DNA of 64,000 nucleotides from Glaucostegus cemiculus (GCA_976551045.1 CDPCPM010000016.1:8556001-8620000); one strand, 5' to 3'; shown: positions 1 through 13,534, counted from the stretch's first letter. Numbers and translations: made by a program. Notes: a model not told the origin generated them from the letters alone.

Positions 1-625
1 GCAGTACCCTCGACCCAACTACCTTTTGCGGCTTCATCATGAGGTCAGAAATGTGGATGTTAAATTCCAATTGCAAATCCCTGAAAATGAATCAATCCAC
101 TGCTGGACCCAACAAGTTCAGACAACATTCAGGCCTGGGCTGAAAATTGACATGTAACATTTGCCCCACTCAACCACTAGGGAGTCATCGTCTTCAGAAG
201 AGAGAGTGTCTAACACTTTTTCTTGATGATCAATGGAATTAACTTGAATTACTTCAAAGTTACCCTCTCCCCATAGAACTGTAAATTCCTCAGATACTTA
301 TCCAGCTCCATTCAGAATTCTACAACTGAATCTGACTCCACTACTACTGTCTAATCAACAACTTTTTAAACAAAATCCTCATGTCACTTTTGGTTCTTTT
401 GCTAATCACCTTGATTTTTATATCCCCAGTGGGAACAAACTCTCTCCATCTATTCTATCTATACCCTTCTTGACTCCTTAAAATCCCAAAACCCCTCGCC
501 CAACAACACTGTGGGAATTGCAACTTCAGAAGAACTTCAGCTGTTCAAAAAGATAGCCTACCACCACCTTCTCAGGGGGATTAGAAAGGGACAATAAACA
601 GTGACCTTCCTAGCAATGTTCTCAT
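1..625 (+). mobile_element. Decayed CR1-group LINE remnant including its 3' tail, apparently interrupted at about 260-480 by an opposite-strand fragment
   Basis: RT-like stretch (aacattcaggcctgggctgaaaattgacatgtaacatttgcccc). The tail cagctgttcaaaaagatagcctaccaccaccttctcagggg recurs at about 1085-1215(-), 32745-32820(+) and 58160-58260(-). Confidence 0.5.
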
Positions 626-1074
626 AAAATCGGGCAACACCTTACAATCAGGACCCACTGGAGTTTGTGAACATTGGCTGTACAATTTCTACACTTGAAG
701 AAATGATTTCACTACTCCCATTAAAAATTGTTGATCATTCATGAAAAATCATGCAATGCATTAGGAATTTTACACACAAGAAATAACAGCAAATATTTCT
801 GACTGAATTGATAGGGAACCTTCCAGCATTTGCTATTATTACACTGTGAAACTGATAGCAACTTCTAAACTTGTGAATGCTGTCAGTGATTCTTATCTCC
901 TACACAGGGCATGCAATATTGTAGTCATGTTCAATGCAATCTCCAGAGGTCAGTGAACTAATGCAAACTTCAGGAATTCTCTCTGTCAACTCCCCAGATA
1001 ATATTATTGATGAGGTAAAAGTGAGTTTTTTAAATGGTGCACTTGGCTTTAATTACTTTTTTTTAAATTCAATT

Positions 1075-1600
1075 TTACTGGTTGTGACTATTACTGGTAA
1101 GGCCAGCATTTCTTGCCTCTATCTTATTTCCCTTCAGGAGGTTAGGATAAGCTGCCTTCTTGAAGTGCTGCAGCCCTTCTGATGCAGGTACTCTCATAGC
1201 ACGTGGGGTGGGGAGGGGCAGTTTTAGGATTTTGATCCAGTGACAACAAAAACATGTGGATATACTTCCAGGTCAAATGTCTGTGAGACGAAGTGAAATC
1301 TACTGGTGTTAGATTTTATGTGCCAGCAACCCTTGTCCTTCTGGTGCATGAGGTCCTGAGGTCTTTGAATTGCTGTCAGAGTAGCCTTAGCAAGTTGCTA
1401 TGGTGCATTTTCTAGATGGTATTTATTGTAGCAACAATGTGCCAATGGTGGAGGCAATATTTAGTTATGGGAGAAAATTGAGTGTCAGTTGAGGCTGCAT
1501 GTCAAGTTTCCTGAATGTTGCTGAAGCTGCACTCATTCAGGCAGGTGGGGAACATGCCATCATACCCCTGACTTGGACAAGAAAAGCTTTCAACAACTTA
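1075..1600 (-). mobile_element. Decayed LINE 3' portion, same family as the 495-625 tail
   Basis: aaggccagcatttcttgcc...gctgccttcttgaagtgctgcagccc resembles the reverse complement of the 495-625 tail. Confidence 0.5.
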
Positions 1601-2704
1601 AAGATACAGTAATGGTGAAATATAGTCTCATCTTCAGGACATATTGTGTTGGGAAATCTTCCTCTTGCTTACTGAAAAAGTAGGAAATGGATTTTATGCT
1701 CAATTAATGTCAAAATAATCCTGGTAATTATAGATCATTTAACTGTAAAATATGTGATAAATTCACAAGAAAGTTTTCATCCAATTAATTTTGCAATGGA
1801 TGAAAAATATAAAGTTGATGCCTCATGAAATCTTGGAATTATAATCAATTTTAGGTTTTATTTTGAGCACCATTGTAGTTCCAATGTTATACCATTCAGA
1901 CGAAGGGCATGAATTTTTGGATGCATTAACTTGTGCCAAGAGGAGAAAGTACTTTTGATATTGCAAAGTACTGCAATGATTTTAACTCAACTATAAACAG
2001 TTAACAAAAGATTTCTGAACATCAACAAAATATCTTGGAAAGCTTGAGGTCTGATGTGACATCTGATTTGAGCTCAAGGTTTAAAGTCTGTATTCAACTT
2101 TTGAAACGAGTTTAGTGAAATAAATCTGGAATTAAAATAAAAACCCGGTCGATAACTAACCAAAAAAAAAGGTTTTCTTTAAAAAAGATCCAATTGATTC
2201 AGGGAAGGATATCCACTATCCTTACACGGCCTGGCCTATATCTGACTCAAAATCGTCAGACATTTAAGGATAGAGAATAAATACAGGCATTGCTATCAGC
2301 ATCCAATTAACTATGGTATTCAGAGATCTAGCTTCTGATTGTTTCTTGAAATATTTCAATACAGCATTTTTGCCTTTAAACACCTGATTCCAAAAAAAAA
2401 GCATCCTTTCTCTGACAGACTGCAAAATTCCCACTTGAGATCTGGCCTGATTTGATCAGAGTTTAAGCAAAGCTTGGCTCTGCACACAAGAATCACCATG
2501 GAATCTGTCAGACCTGATTGCATTGTTAGGCTTCAGATGCATTTGTAAAGAAGAAATATTACTTTGTGGGAAGTATATCACAGTAGGCTCAGTGTGTTGA
2601 ACTGCTTCAGAAACTTGTGCAAAGTTCTGGCACAGCAGGGAAACAATTATTTTCACTTTGTTAATTTGTGGATAATCTTGTTCCATGTCCACAACTATTC
2701 CACA

Positions 2705-2746
2705 TAACATTGACATAACACTAATTAACATTGACATAACACTAAT
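2705..2746. repeat. Perfect 21-bp tandem duplication
   Basis: taacattgacataacactaat x2. Confidence 0.9.
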
Positions 2747-3184
2747 TAATGTGATCTTTTACGCCCAATGCAATCTCACAACGAGAAAGATCTTAAACAT
2801 TTATTTTCTAATGATTAAGGCTGTGTAAAGTAAATTGAACTGATGAAAATGAAAATTGATCAGAGCATTTAAGATGGAGTTAGATATTCCGGTGTGTTGC
2901 TTGATTATTGAAAAAGACTAGTTGTGCTCCTGGGGGGGCTTCAATCAACATGCTGCTTTCCAACATTTTATGTTATTATTTGGGTATCAGTCTGCCATTC
3001 ATGAACCTCTGATTATAAAGCATTTGACAGTGATCAAGCTGCTGAACAGAATGAAATATGGATTTTGACTTAATAAAAGAAAATGTTATGTGCTGTCTGA
3101 ATACAGTTCAGCTGACTGGAACTATCCACTATTGATGGTTAAATCAGCTTTTTCAGCACTGGCAACTTTCACCATACCTTCAGC

Positions 3185-3478
3185 TTTATTTGTCGTGACA
3201 GCACGTACAAAATAAAATCATGGAAAAACTTCGAATCTCTTGAAAATTTGAGTTGCTTGTAAAATAGAAACCCATTCTTTTATTTGCATATATCTTTCTC
3301 TCTTTATAAAATAGGTCCACTTTTCTTGTAAACTATGTGGAAAGTGTGAATGAATTATACTTGAGCTTTTCTCACTGATAGAACTAGTGTCTCATGAATG
3401 TAGTTACCAAGGAATTAACAAACTGAAGGCAATCATACATTTATTGCTTAGCAGTGCAATTTTGTATAACATTTTATT
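3185..3478 (-). terminator. Cluster of polyadenylation signals (candidate distal 3' end)
   Basis: Minus-strand AATAAA (plus-strand tttatt) at 3185-3190, 3279-3284, 3440-3445 and 3473-3478. Confidence 0.55.
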
Positions 3479-4051
3479 GAGGTTTAACAGACATACAGTC
3501 ACAAATAAATGTACCAGTATAAATTCTGAGCAGTTACATTAACCATCCTTACAGTAACAGTCACATATCAGGGTTACACCTTATATATTCATAATATCAA
3601 TGATGGGTGTTGGGTATATATTAAAGGAAAGAGATGAGAGAATACCTCATTTTAATATTTAAAGGGATACCATCTTCATGAAAAAAGTGTTTGACAAATC
3701 TTTTGTTTGGAAAGAGAGAATAGGCATGCACCATTTTGAATCACAATATGACGATAGAGTGATTCAATTATTTTTACTTGAGCAAATTACATAATTGCAT
3801 TGTGTTTGTAAACAAAAAAAACACTTTTTTGATATCAGTATCCCTTTAAGATAGCTTTTCTGTGCACTGGAGTTCAGGAACCTCAAGAGATACTGGAGTT
3901 GCCATTAACCCTGGTGTGATACAATGTGCTCCAGAATGGACTCCAAATTTATCACAGCTAGATTTTTGTGTACTGAGTATTTCTTAAAGCATTTAAAAAA
4001 ATAGTTTGTACTTTCCCCCCCCCCCATTAAATCCTTACAGTTGCCACCCTT

Positions 4052-6924
4052 TAGCACCATTATGCTTCATACTTCAGTGGGGAGGACGGGACGGTTTCAA
4101 GCTGTGGAGAATTGCTGCTCTAGGATAACAAAACAGGAATAAACATTGAGTAGGGGATGATTTTATTCCACATTCCGCTGGAGTGACCCAATCACAAGCA
4201 AACAAAACTTTTGTTCAAACTTGTCATTTGACAAATACTTTAGCACCACAGCAAATGGGTTTCTCTACCAGCTACATGTTGGATATATTCTATATATTAA
4301 CAAAACTATAATGTTTAGAGCACATTAAAATGCAGAGACTGTAACATCAAATCACAAGCTTTTATAACACTTCAATCTGCTTTCCTAACTTAGGATGAAT
4401 TCAGCCATTTTTCATGTGGCCTGTTTAAAATTGCATGCTGACCTTAAGTTGATGGCAGAAGAATAATAGTGTGATTTTTGGAAAAGGCCACAGCTTGGAG
4501 CTCGCCACTATCCTAACTGAAAGAAAGCAGCATACAGGTGAGCAGTCATGTTGGGGGAAATGGTAACAATTGGGAGAGGATATAAATAGAAAAATATATA
4601 ATTAAGTGGGGAGAGCTCCTTGCTATTTTCATCTGCTGGCTAATAGTATTGAGAGTTCCCCATTCTTAATATTTTTCAAAATTATCAAGTATTAGTAATT
4701 AGTTACTAATCTGTACTAATTGACTTAATTGGGGTATTGTTTGGATTTACATTTTATTTGAAACTCTTGGTCTTATTGGTATAAATGTTCCCTTCTGACA
4801 ACAAAACTGGATGTCAGGAAGCAGAGGGAAGACAAAAAGCTGTTTAGTCTTTCAAGTTGTTATCAGTTAAAAAAGTGCTTCCCCAACTATAGGCTAATAC
4901 TGTTCCAATGGAACAGATTTTTAAGGTTATCTTTAACATCTTATTACTTAATTTTAGGCTGATTGTACTGTAGGTATTGTCAAATAATATCAGCACTTTG
5001 CAACTCAGTACTCTGGATAATGTGACGCACCTGGGACCATTTGTACTGGGAAACATGTCCACAATGAAGTCAGCAGGTAAGCTAGGTGGTGGCAATATGT
5101 GGCCACCCATGTGGTGAAAAAAATGCAGTGTTACAAGCTTAATTTCCCCACAACACAGCAGTGCACAGTTCAGAACACTAGGCAGACCATTGGTTTCTCA
5201 GTAAACGTGCCAAAGTGTTGCACATGATTCCTTTCATTGGACCAGATGCAAATATCTGAAAAACATTAGCTTTCAGGACAGCAGAATTCCTTCATCATGA
5301 GAAATGGAAAAAACGGAAGTCTGAAAACATTCACATACAGTACTAGAAACTGTTTTTTTCTAGTGTGTCAATGTAAAAAGCTGGCTGTTTCTGAATAAAC
5401 TATTGATTTTTTTTTCCAAAAGAAGATGTAAGCAGCTCTCAACAGCAAATCACCTACTCAACAACTGACTGATTGGTAGGAACCAGATCAGAGAAAGTTG
5501 TATTTTTTTCCTCAAAGTCAGCCAACTGGATCTACAGTAGAAAGAAACAATATACTAGAGGAACAAAAGAATACACAACAAACCGATACACAACTGTGTA
5601 CACTTTGCACAAAAAAACAATACATTTATTCAAGTGTTCTCCAGCACAAGTACATAAGAAAGGAGCATTATTGGGCATTGAAAACAGGATGGAGGTTGAC
5701 TGCTACATCTGCTGCACGTACTGACCTTTCCATAAACAGCTATGTCACAAGCAATACACAGTAATACAATACTCACTGAAATACAACCTTCAGTGAATTC
5801 TCTTAACTTTGAAATGCACATTATTGTCAATAAATATTATCAAAGTTATAATGACAGTAAAATGAAGGAATAAAACCAAAAATACTGCTTGCTGCATGGA
5901 ATGTGGAAAGAAAATGCACTGCTGCTGGGGATCAAGCAAATACATATGTAACAGTAAAAGGATTAGCAAATTTACTACATTGTCTTCAATATGAATACAT
6001 GATTCCCACAAATAAGCACCAACTACGGCACTGTCTAGGCTAAAACACATGAAACTGATTTTATTCTTTCAAGTACAAAGTTAAAATGCCTTTTTCTTTT
6101 CTTAAAAGAGTAAAATAATAGTGCTTTTCCTTGACCATGAGAACTTAATGAATCATAGTCAAGATAGCAGATTTCTTTCAATATTTCAGAAAAAAATGTG
6201 TAGCACCATATGAATCAACAACTGCTTCAAGGAAAACTGTTGGCTGTGTTTGATCAAGTACTGACAGTAGAAATACGATTCGCATAAACAACTTATAAAC
6301 AACAAAAATGTATGCTAACAAAATGAAAGCCAAAGGATAAGGAAGGAAATGGGAATAAAAGAAAATAAAAGGCAAAATTACACCATCAAGCTGCACTGTA
6401 TTGACTTGTACCTGATTTATATGCAGCTACAAGAAGGGGTTATGTCCTGGTATAAAAGAGACCCCTAAGGAAATTTAAAAAAAATCAACCAAAAATAAAA
6501 GGAAATCACAGATGTAAAAAATTCATCAGTCCTTCAGTAAAAAAGTGCAGCCTGTCATTTAGTTTTGGATGACCAAAAACATCACTGCATGTTGGCTGGC
6601 TGTTGGTGGCGCCAGTAAGTGACCTGTTACATAAGCACCAGGCCTTGGCCCAAGGATGTACGATTAAGAAAAAAGCACCGTTTTCTGTTATATATTTTTT
6701 CTTATTGTACAAACATGATAGAAAAATTACAGTCATGGCAAAGAGTCCTTAAAAGTGACCTCGAGCATATGAAAACATTACTATATTTTCAGACTCAAGC
6801 CACTAAAGACCACCTCGACAACCTTAAATGTTGCTGTTTCCTGATTATATTACAATTCTGCCTCTTGTAAACGGTAAGGCAACATCAGAGCTGATGTTTT
6901 CAATCACCTTTAGTAAAAGCACCA
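4052..6924 (-). promoter_or_regulatory. Six miR-29 family target sites in the 3' UTR
   Basis: 8mer TGGTGCTA at 4052-4059, 4241-4248 and 6201-6208; 7mer-m8 TGGTGCT at 6015-6021, 6634-6640 and 6918-6924. Confidence 0.8.
5625..5630 (-). terminator. Candidate proximal polyadenylation signal
   Basis: AATAAA followed on the mRNA strand by U/GU-rich sequence (TGTATTGTTTTTTTGTG...TTGTGTATCGGTTTGTTGTGT). Confidence 0.4.
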
Positions 6925-7450
6925 TTGCAGAAATTGTTGCACAGTTGTACCTTTTTCAAACAACTATCAGTGTTATGGAAATGCAATGTACTGGCAGCTG
7001 ATATATTGTTTCTTCGTGGTTTCTGGTTGGAGGCACCTGAAAATGTACAGTATTTGTAAGTAGCTGTGATTTTTTTGCTTGAGATAGATACCAGAAATGG
7101 TGCTGGTAAGGTAAGGCTCAGCTGGCTGACTTGATGTTCCAGGCTCTGTTCATATCCAGCTTCTTCTTGGTGCTCTTATCCACCTACACAAGGCAAAATT
7201 GTCTTTTTCCCAGTGCTGCAAAGGATTGAACAGCCTCATCTCAAGTACAGCTTGAACACAACAAAAACAAAACTTACAAATCACACATTAAAATAGCTGA
7301 AAATTAAAAACATTTAAAAAATTAAATAGGATAAAAAGGATGACATTTAAAATACGTGAAATTAAGTAACATCTAACAGAATATGACATTTTTCCTTGGA
7401 GTAAATTAATTTCTTTTTTTTCTTAATAAGTTCCTTTGTCTTCTTTGCTT

Positions 7451-7615
<165 letters not shown>

Positions 7616-7761
7616 CTATTGTTCAATTATATTCTAATGATATTTAGTTCCAGTGAGGCCTGTATTGCTTTAGTGTCATTAAAACTTGCCAGTCCATGCA
7701 CTATGCAAGTAACTTGACCTAATTTCTTACTTCCACGTGAAATCAGGAAAATTGTCGAATT

Positions 7762-8535
7762 TAAGAACATGAGAACATAAGAAATAGGAGCAGGAGGAGG
7801 CCATCTGGCCCATCGAGCCTGCTCTGCCATTCAGTAAGATCATGGTTGATCTGGCCGAGGACTCAGATTCAATTACCTGCCTTTGCTCCATAGCCCTTAA
7901 TTCCCCTACTATGCGGAAATCTATCTAACTGTGTCTCAAATATACAGTATTTAATGATGTAGCCTCTACTGCTTCTTTAGGCAGAGATTTGCACAGATTC
8001 ACCACTCTCTGGGAAAAGCAGTTCCTCCTCATCTCTATCCTAGATCTACTCCCCCGAATCTTGAGGCTATATCCCCTAGTTCTAGTCTCACCTGCCAGTT
8101 GAAACAACTTTCCTGCCTCTTTCTTATCTATCCCTTTCATAATTTATATGTTTCTATAAGATCTCATCTCATTCTTCTGAATTCCAGTGAGTACAGTCCC
8201 AGGCAACTTAATCTCTCCTCATAGGCTAACACCCTCATCTCTAGAATCAACCTGGTGAACCTCCCCTGTACTGCCTCCAAAGCCAGTATATCTTTTCTCA
8301 AGTAAGGAGACCAGAACTGCACGCAGTGCTCCAGGTGTGGCCTCACCAGTAACTTGTACAGTTGCAGCATAACCTCCCTGCTCTTAAAGTCAATCCCTCT
8401 AGCAATGAAGGCCAACATTCCATTTGCCTTCTCAATAACCTGTTGCACCTGCAAACCAACCTTTTGCGATTCATGCACCAGCACTCCCAAGACCCTCTGC
8501 ACAACAGCATGCTGCAATCTTTCATCATTTAAATT
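7762..8535 (-). mobile_element. CR1-type LINE, 5'-truncated, frameshifted
   Basis: ORFs 8164..8517 (LYKLLVRPHLEHCVQFWSP) and 7925..8140 (FSQRVVNL) match the CR1 ORF2 C-terminus; (aagaacat)n tail at 7762. Confidence 0.92.
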
Positions 8536-9069
8536 ATAAGGGATTTAAACAAAGAGATTTTTTATCACTTCAAGGAGCTGGTTTTGGAGTTCAGGTGACA
8601 AAGTAGCCAAGCTATTCTATATAGTATGCTCCCAACTGAATATTACATAAACTAATATAATAGAGAATATTTTTATTCCTTCCTGGCACATATTCAGATT
8701 ATAACATAAAATGATGACCAAAACTCAACCCATTCTTTTCTGTTTTGCATTTTGTTGGACTAAAATAAAACTTGCTGCAAGCTGCAATTTGCCAGTGCAT
8801 CTATGATTGTTCTTTCTGGCATCTGTGCATTGAAAATAAATAGAGGCTTGAAAAGTCTGCACAGATAGAATGGATGAGGAAATAGAAGTTATAGACTGCA
8901 CAAAAAAATGGCCCTTCAACCTTTGTACTTACAAACTACCATGCTGTGCCTTGTCTTGCTTTCCCATCTGAAACCCTTGACTGTGTTGGTGCCTCCAAAA
9001 TCCATGGCGAAATTTCCAATAAATTCCTGTTTAAGTCACTTTAATGTGCTACTGTCTTATAAAAGCAAT

Positions 9070-9330
9070 GATATTATCCTTCTCAGCAACATCTGCCACT
9101 GTGACCACAGTGTTGGATCTTCCTTCTCTTCTCTGTAGTCCTTGACACAAACACCATAAAGTTCCCTTGTAAATTCAGTTGTCTTTTACCCCTGGCTTGG
9201 TTCTACTCTTTTCCATTCAATCATTGTCAGATAACTTACAGTAGAGGCTTCTCTTCCTGCACACAATGTTAACTCTAGCGCTCTAAGAGGGTCTATCATT
9301 GGCCTTCTTGTCATGCCCAAGTTCATGGTT
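9070..9330 (+). mobile_element. Highly decayed L2-like RT fragment
   Basis: Loose similarity to LINE RT segments (ctgccactgtgaccaca...gagggtctatcattggcc); no intact ORF. Confidence 0.3.
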
Positions 9331-10386
9331 ACACATCCAAAGAAGAGGGGTTAGCCTGTGCACGTACGTTACAATGAGGAATGGTGGTGACATGATTGAT
9401 TCAGAATTTTGGTAAGGTGGTAGGAGACACATAATCAACATGTGGGAACAGTGCAATGAAGGTCATACAGTGATAGAGGAGAAATGGGCTGGATTGGAGA
9501 AGCCTTATCCTCTTTTGAACCTTGGTGAGTTAAGGTTAGTGGCTTTCAGGAGAAATTCACAATGGGGAGGGAACTATCCTATTTCATAAATAAAAAGGTC
9601 TAGGGCCAAAAAACATTAACTTTTTTTCTTGACCTACTGAGTGTTTCAGTTTTTATTTCAGATTTCCAGCATATGTAGTTCTCTTTTAATTTTTATTATC
9701 TAATTCTTCTGTTTTGGTTGCTAGCTGATCTGCATCTATTCAAAAAAACCTGAGCATTGCAGGGCTTCAGATGATTAAGATAGCCGCCTATTCCCATGAA
9801 CAAGAGTAGGAATTTGACAGTGGAATCAACATCCGTACAGAGTGGGGGCCAATTAATCCACTCCATGCTCATTGTCCATTCCATGCTCAAAAAACCAGTC
9901 TAAGTGTATTAAGTTCTACCCGAGCTAGCCCAAGCATAGTAATGTTTAATAGTTTATTTGATTTGAAGCAAATTCGTCAATTTTCTACGTTTTGCTGCCA
10001 CTGACAAGAAAAATAAAGGACAGGCTATTTTTGATTTACCAGTTCATGCAATTAGCATGCTGTACATAAATTCAGAATATGACCCATTAAAATATGTAAT
10101 TCTCTAATGCGTGGCGCTTTCATTGATTACATCATATTATAAATAAAATACAGGCACTTGAAGCATATATGCAGCTCACGAAGTAAGATTGTGACTGAAA
10201 TAGACCAAGGTCCAGGTCGTTTAACTGATGATTGGGAATTCATACGAGAGAACCATCATGGAATGGAAAAGGGAGATCTGAAAGAGAGTCACCAGCAGCT
10301 AAAACCAGTGTAGATTGAATTGGGGAAATGAAACGGTTGCAAAATAACAGTAAGAGTCTTTTATCATCTTGAGCATCCTGACATAA

Positions 10387-10655
10387 AATAGACAATAGAC
10401 AATAGGAGCAGAAGTAGACCATTTGGCCCTTTGAGTCTGCTCCGCCATTTTGAGATCATGGCTGATCCTCAACACTCAATATCCCGTTCCTGCCTTGTCC
10501 CCATATCCCTTGATTCCCCTATCTATAAGAAACCTATCTAGCTCCTTCTTGAAAGTGCCCAGAGAATTGGCCTCCACTGCCCTCTGAGGCAGTGCATTCC
10601 GCAAACTCACAACCCTCTGGGAGAAGAAGTTTTTCCTCACCTCTGTCCTAAATGA
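10387..10655 (-). mobile_element. CR1-type LINE 3' end
   Basis: ORF 10476..10682 (RTEVRKNFFSQRVVSLRNALPQRAVEA...); (aatagac)n tail. Confidence 0.9.
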
Positions 10656-12007
10656 AGAATGTGCATTCAGATCAGGGAACAACGAAAGTAGAAAACAATA
10701 TGACAGTAATGGTTGATTTTAACAAAAAGATTAAGAAAGAAATTTAAGGTCACAATCAAAAGTGGAATGATATATGGAAAGTCATTTCCTAAATCAATGT
10801 AGTATACCAACTGGCATTATTCATTTCAGTTTTCAGGAACGAAGCAGTGACGGAACATTGTGGAAATGGTATCTGTAATATATTTTAAATCATTAACAAA
10901 CTTAAAGGGAAGAAAGATGACTAACAAGCCTTGTTTTCAACTTTCAACAAGGCCATAGTAATGAATTGTCTGCATTAGAATTTTGAGAAAATGACATTTG
11001 ATAATTCAATTGACTGACAGTGTTATCATTTAATTCTTACCAGCATTTTTTGAGAATCAGGAATGCTGCACCTCAGAAAAGTCAAAATTTAATTTAATTT
11101 AAGTGTTTAAAGGAGGGACAGACTCGTATGTGGGAATTAAAACCATGAAGGGATAAATAGGAAATGAAATTGACGTTGCCAAGATACAAAATGAACAAAA
11201 TTCACACACTGGAGGCAACAGCCTGCAAACCCAACTTTACCACGATCATGGCCCAGCAGATAGAAAGGAATTCACATGCTCTACTGTCATTTACATGTAG
11301 TCTTTGTTGCTTGGTCAGGGAAATGAAAATAAGGACATCAACAAGGATATGGTTGCAGTCCTCTGACCATTTCTCTAATTTTCCACCATAGCCTTGGACA
11401 ATTTTGGACAGAACAGCTGAGTGAAATTGATGAGCAATTGTGGGTGATAAAATGGCACAATATATTCCACACACTATAGTCCTATCCCCACATATCATTA
11501 GATTGAAATATTGATTAGAACTATTTTAGGTCGTATCTTTAATTCTTTGTATGGGATTTACATGACAAGTACTGACCACTGAATTTGTGATAGAATGTGA
11601 TAATGGCTAACAAATCCATGAGTTACATATGGTCTTGCCAAAGGTTTCAGAAACTGCAGAATCCAAGAAAAGTACAAAAAAATTTGTTGGAAGCTTAACA
11701 AGTAAATGGAGATTTAGCAAATGAGACAGATAGGTACAGGGATAAGCAAAGTCAGTTAAAAACTCAAGGTCACATTAAGAAGAAAATGAAGGTGAGTTGT
11801 GATCATCTAGTTCACAAATATTAGGACAGATCTTAACATTTTACACACTATTAAAGGCTCCTTTCCCCCAGTGATGAGTAACATAGAAGGTTTGGAAATG
11901 CTATAAGAAAAAAGCATTTTATTTTTCCTCATTAATGTTCAATTTTCTATACTGACTATAAGAGGTCAGCATTTTACCACAAAGTGGATGTGAAAAAACT
12001 GAGATTA

Positions 12008-12148
<141 letters not shown>

Positions 12149-12970
12149 CTAAAAGAAAAAAGTTAAACTTAAGACAAAAAAAAATAAAAACAAACAAAAA
12201 TCCTAAAAATAATGAAACCAACAGTTTTCATTTTACAATAACTTACTGAGGAACAATGGTATATACATAGTATTTTTTGCATTCCTTGTGCAACATGAGT
12301 TGCAGGTTTCATAATAGTAATACTCTCCACACACATATATAAAATCAAGCTAAACAGATGGCAGCATTTCTGGAATTGAACATACATAAAAACAAAGTCA
12401 AAGAATTTCAAGTCTTTTTTTGTATCTTTATCAATAACAATCATTTCTCATTGGTGCTAAAAGGAAAGTACAATAATAAGTTTGACCAGCTATGATTGTG
12501 TAAGAAATGGCATATGTTACCTGATAATAATTAGAGCCAAAAAAAAAAATCAGGATAGTGAGGAATGGTTGGTATTCCTTCTTGATTTTTTTCTGTGCAT
12601 TCTGCACATGGATAGAATCCCTTTTTTTAAAAAGTAAAGGGCAAACTTAGAAAACTGAACCAAGGCATTTAGAAGGTTGAGACAGACCATTTAATAAATA
12701 ATGACACCTGAATCAAGTATATTACATAATCAAAGCAATAGTAAAAAGGTGCAAGAAGTTAAGCTCAGTTTCTGCAAAACTACTCTTTGACTGAGTTGCA
12801 TTTTACAGTGCAACCCAACATGTGCCTAATGTGCAAAATTCATGGATATGGGAGAAGAAAACATTGTGGAGAATTTTCCACTTCCCATTCAGCTTGTGGG
12901 AGCAGAAATTCAGAGAAACGCTTTGATGGTATGCAGACCTCACACAAAGAAAACAAACCAAAGGAAAACC

Positions 12971-13105
12971 TCATTATCCCTCTTTTGCACTATTTATTTA
13001 TTTTCGTAAATTTATAGTGATTTTTATGTCCCGCACTGTCTGCTGTCACAAAATAACAGATTTCATGATGGATGTATGTCAGTGAGAGTAAAGCTGATTC
13101 TGATG
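12971..13105 (+). mobile_element. Rex/Babar-like LINE 3' UTR fragment
   Basis: Resembles 15230-15365 (tttttatgtc..gcactg..ctgctg..ac..aa..aca...atgtcagtga...ctgattctga). Confidence 0.6.
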
Positions 13106-13534
13106 TCAAAACCTTTCTTTTGACAGTAATTGCTTGTTCTATAGTTGGAGGCTGCAAGTAACTGTTGGCTTCTTTTCAGTTTCCTTTTTCTTGAACAATG
13201 TAAACTTCCAGACAAGTGGGCATGAAAGTGAAAGTTATACAAAAGCTATAACAATATCAAATAACTTTAATAAGAACAAAACAAACTAGACTTGCATTGG
13301 ACTATATTGAATCCCACTTGTCACTGACAAAATCTCAGTTAGTATAGGTGTAGCATTGTACATGGAGATCAGAATGAGCACTACAGACTCACAGTGCTGT
13401 TACCAGTGTAATTAAATGTGAATATTTGGAAAATGTTCCTATCGTTTCAGTAGCCTGGATAACAACATTACTAATACCCTAACGCTTTGTCAAAAATGTT
13501 GAATTTAAGTAGGAAAACAATTTATATTCTTTGC

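Larger units (their letters stand above)
3170..7450 (-). other. DNMT3A: Putative DNMT3A 3' UTR (about 4.0-4.3 kb)
   Basis: Follows the stop codon; no recognisable TE; rich in miRNA seed matches; ends at a cluster of AATAAA signals. The 3' end is inferred. Confidence 0.7.

Noticed and set aside
1866-1872. Seventh miR-29 7mer match
   Set aside because: It lies beyond the distal poly(A) cluster, close to TE relics, so it is probably outside the UTR and was not counted.
6201-6225. A miR-29 gene on the plus strand (tagcaccatatgaatc)
   Set aside because: The match to mature miR-29 is imperfect and I see no complementary 5' arm for a precursor hairpin. It is better explained as a target site on the opposite strand.
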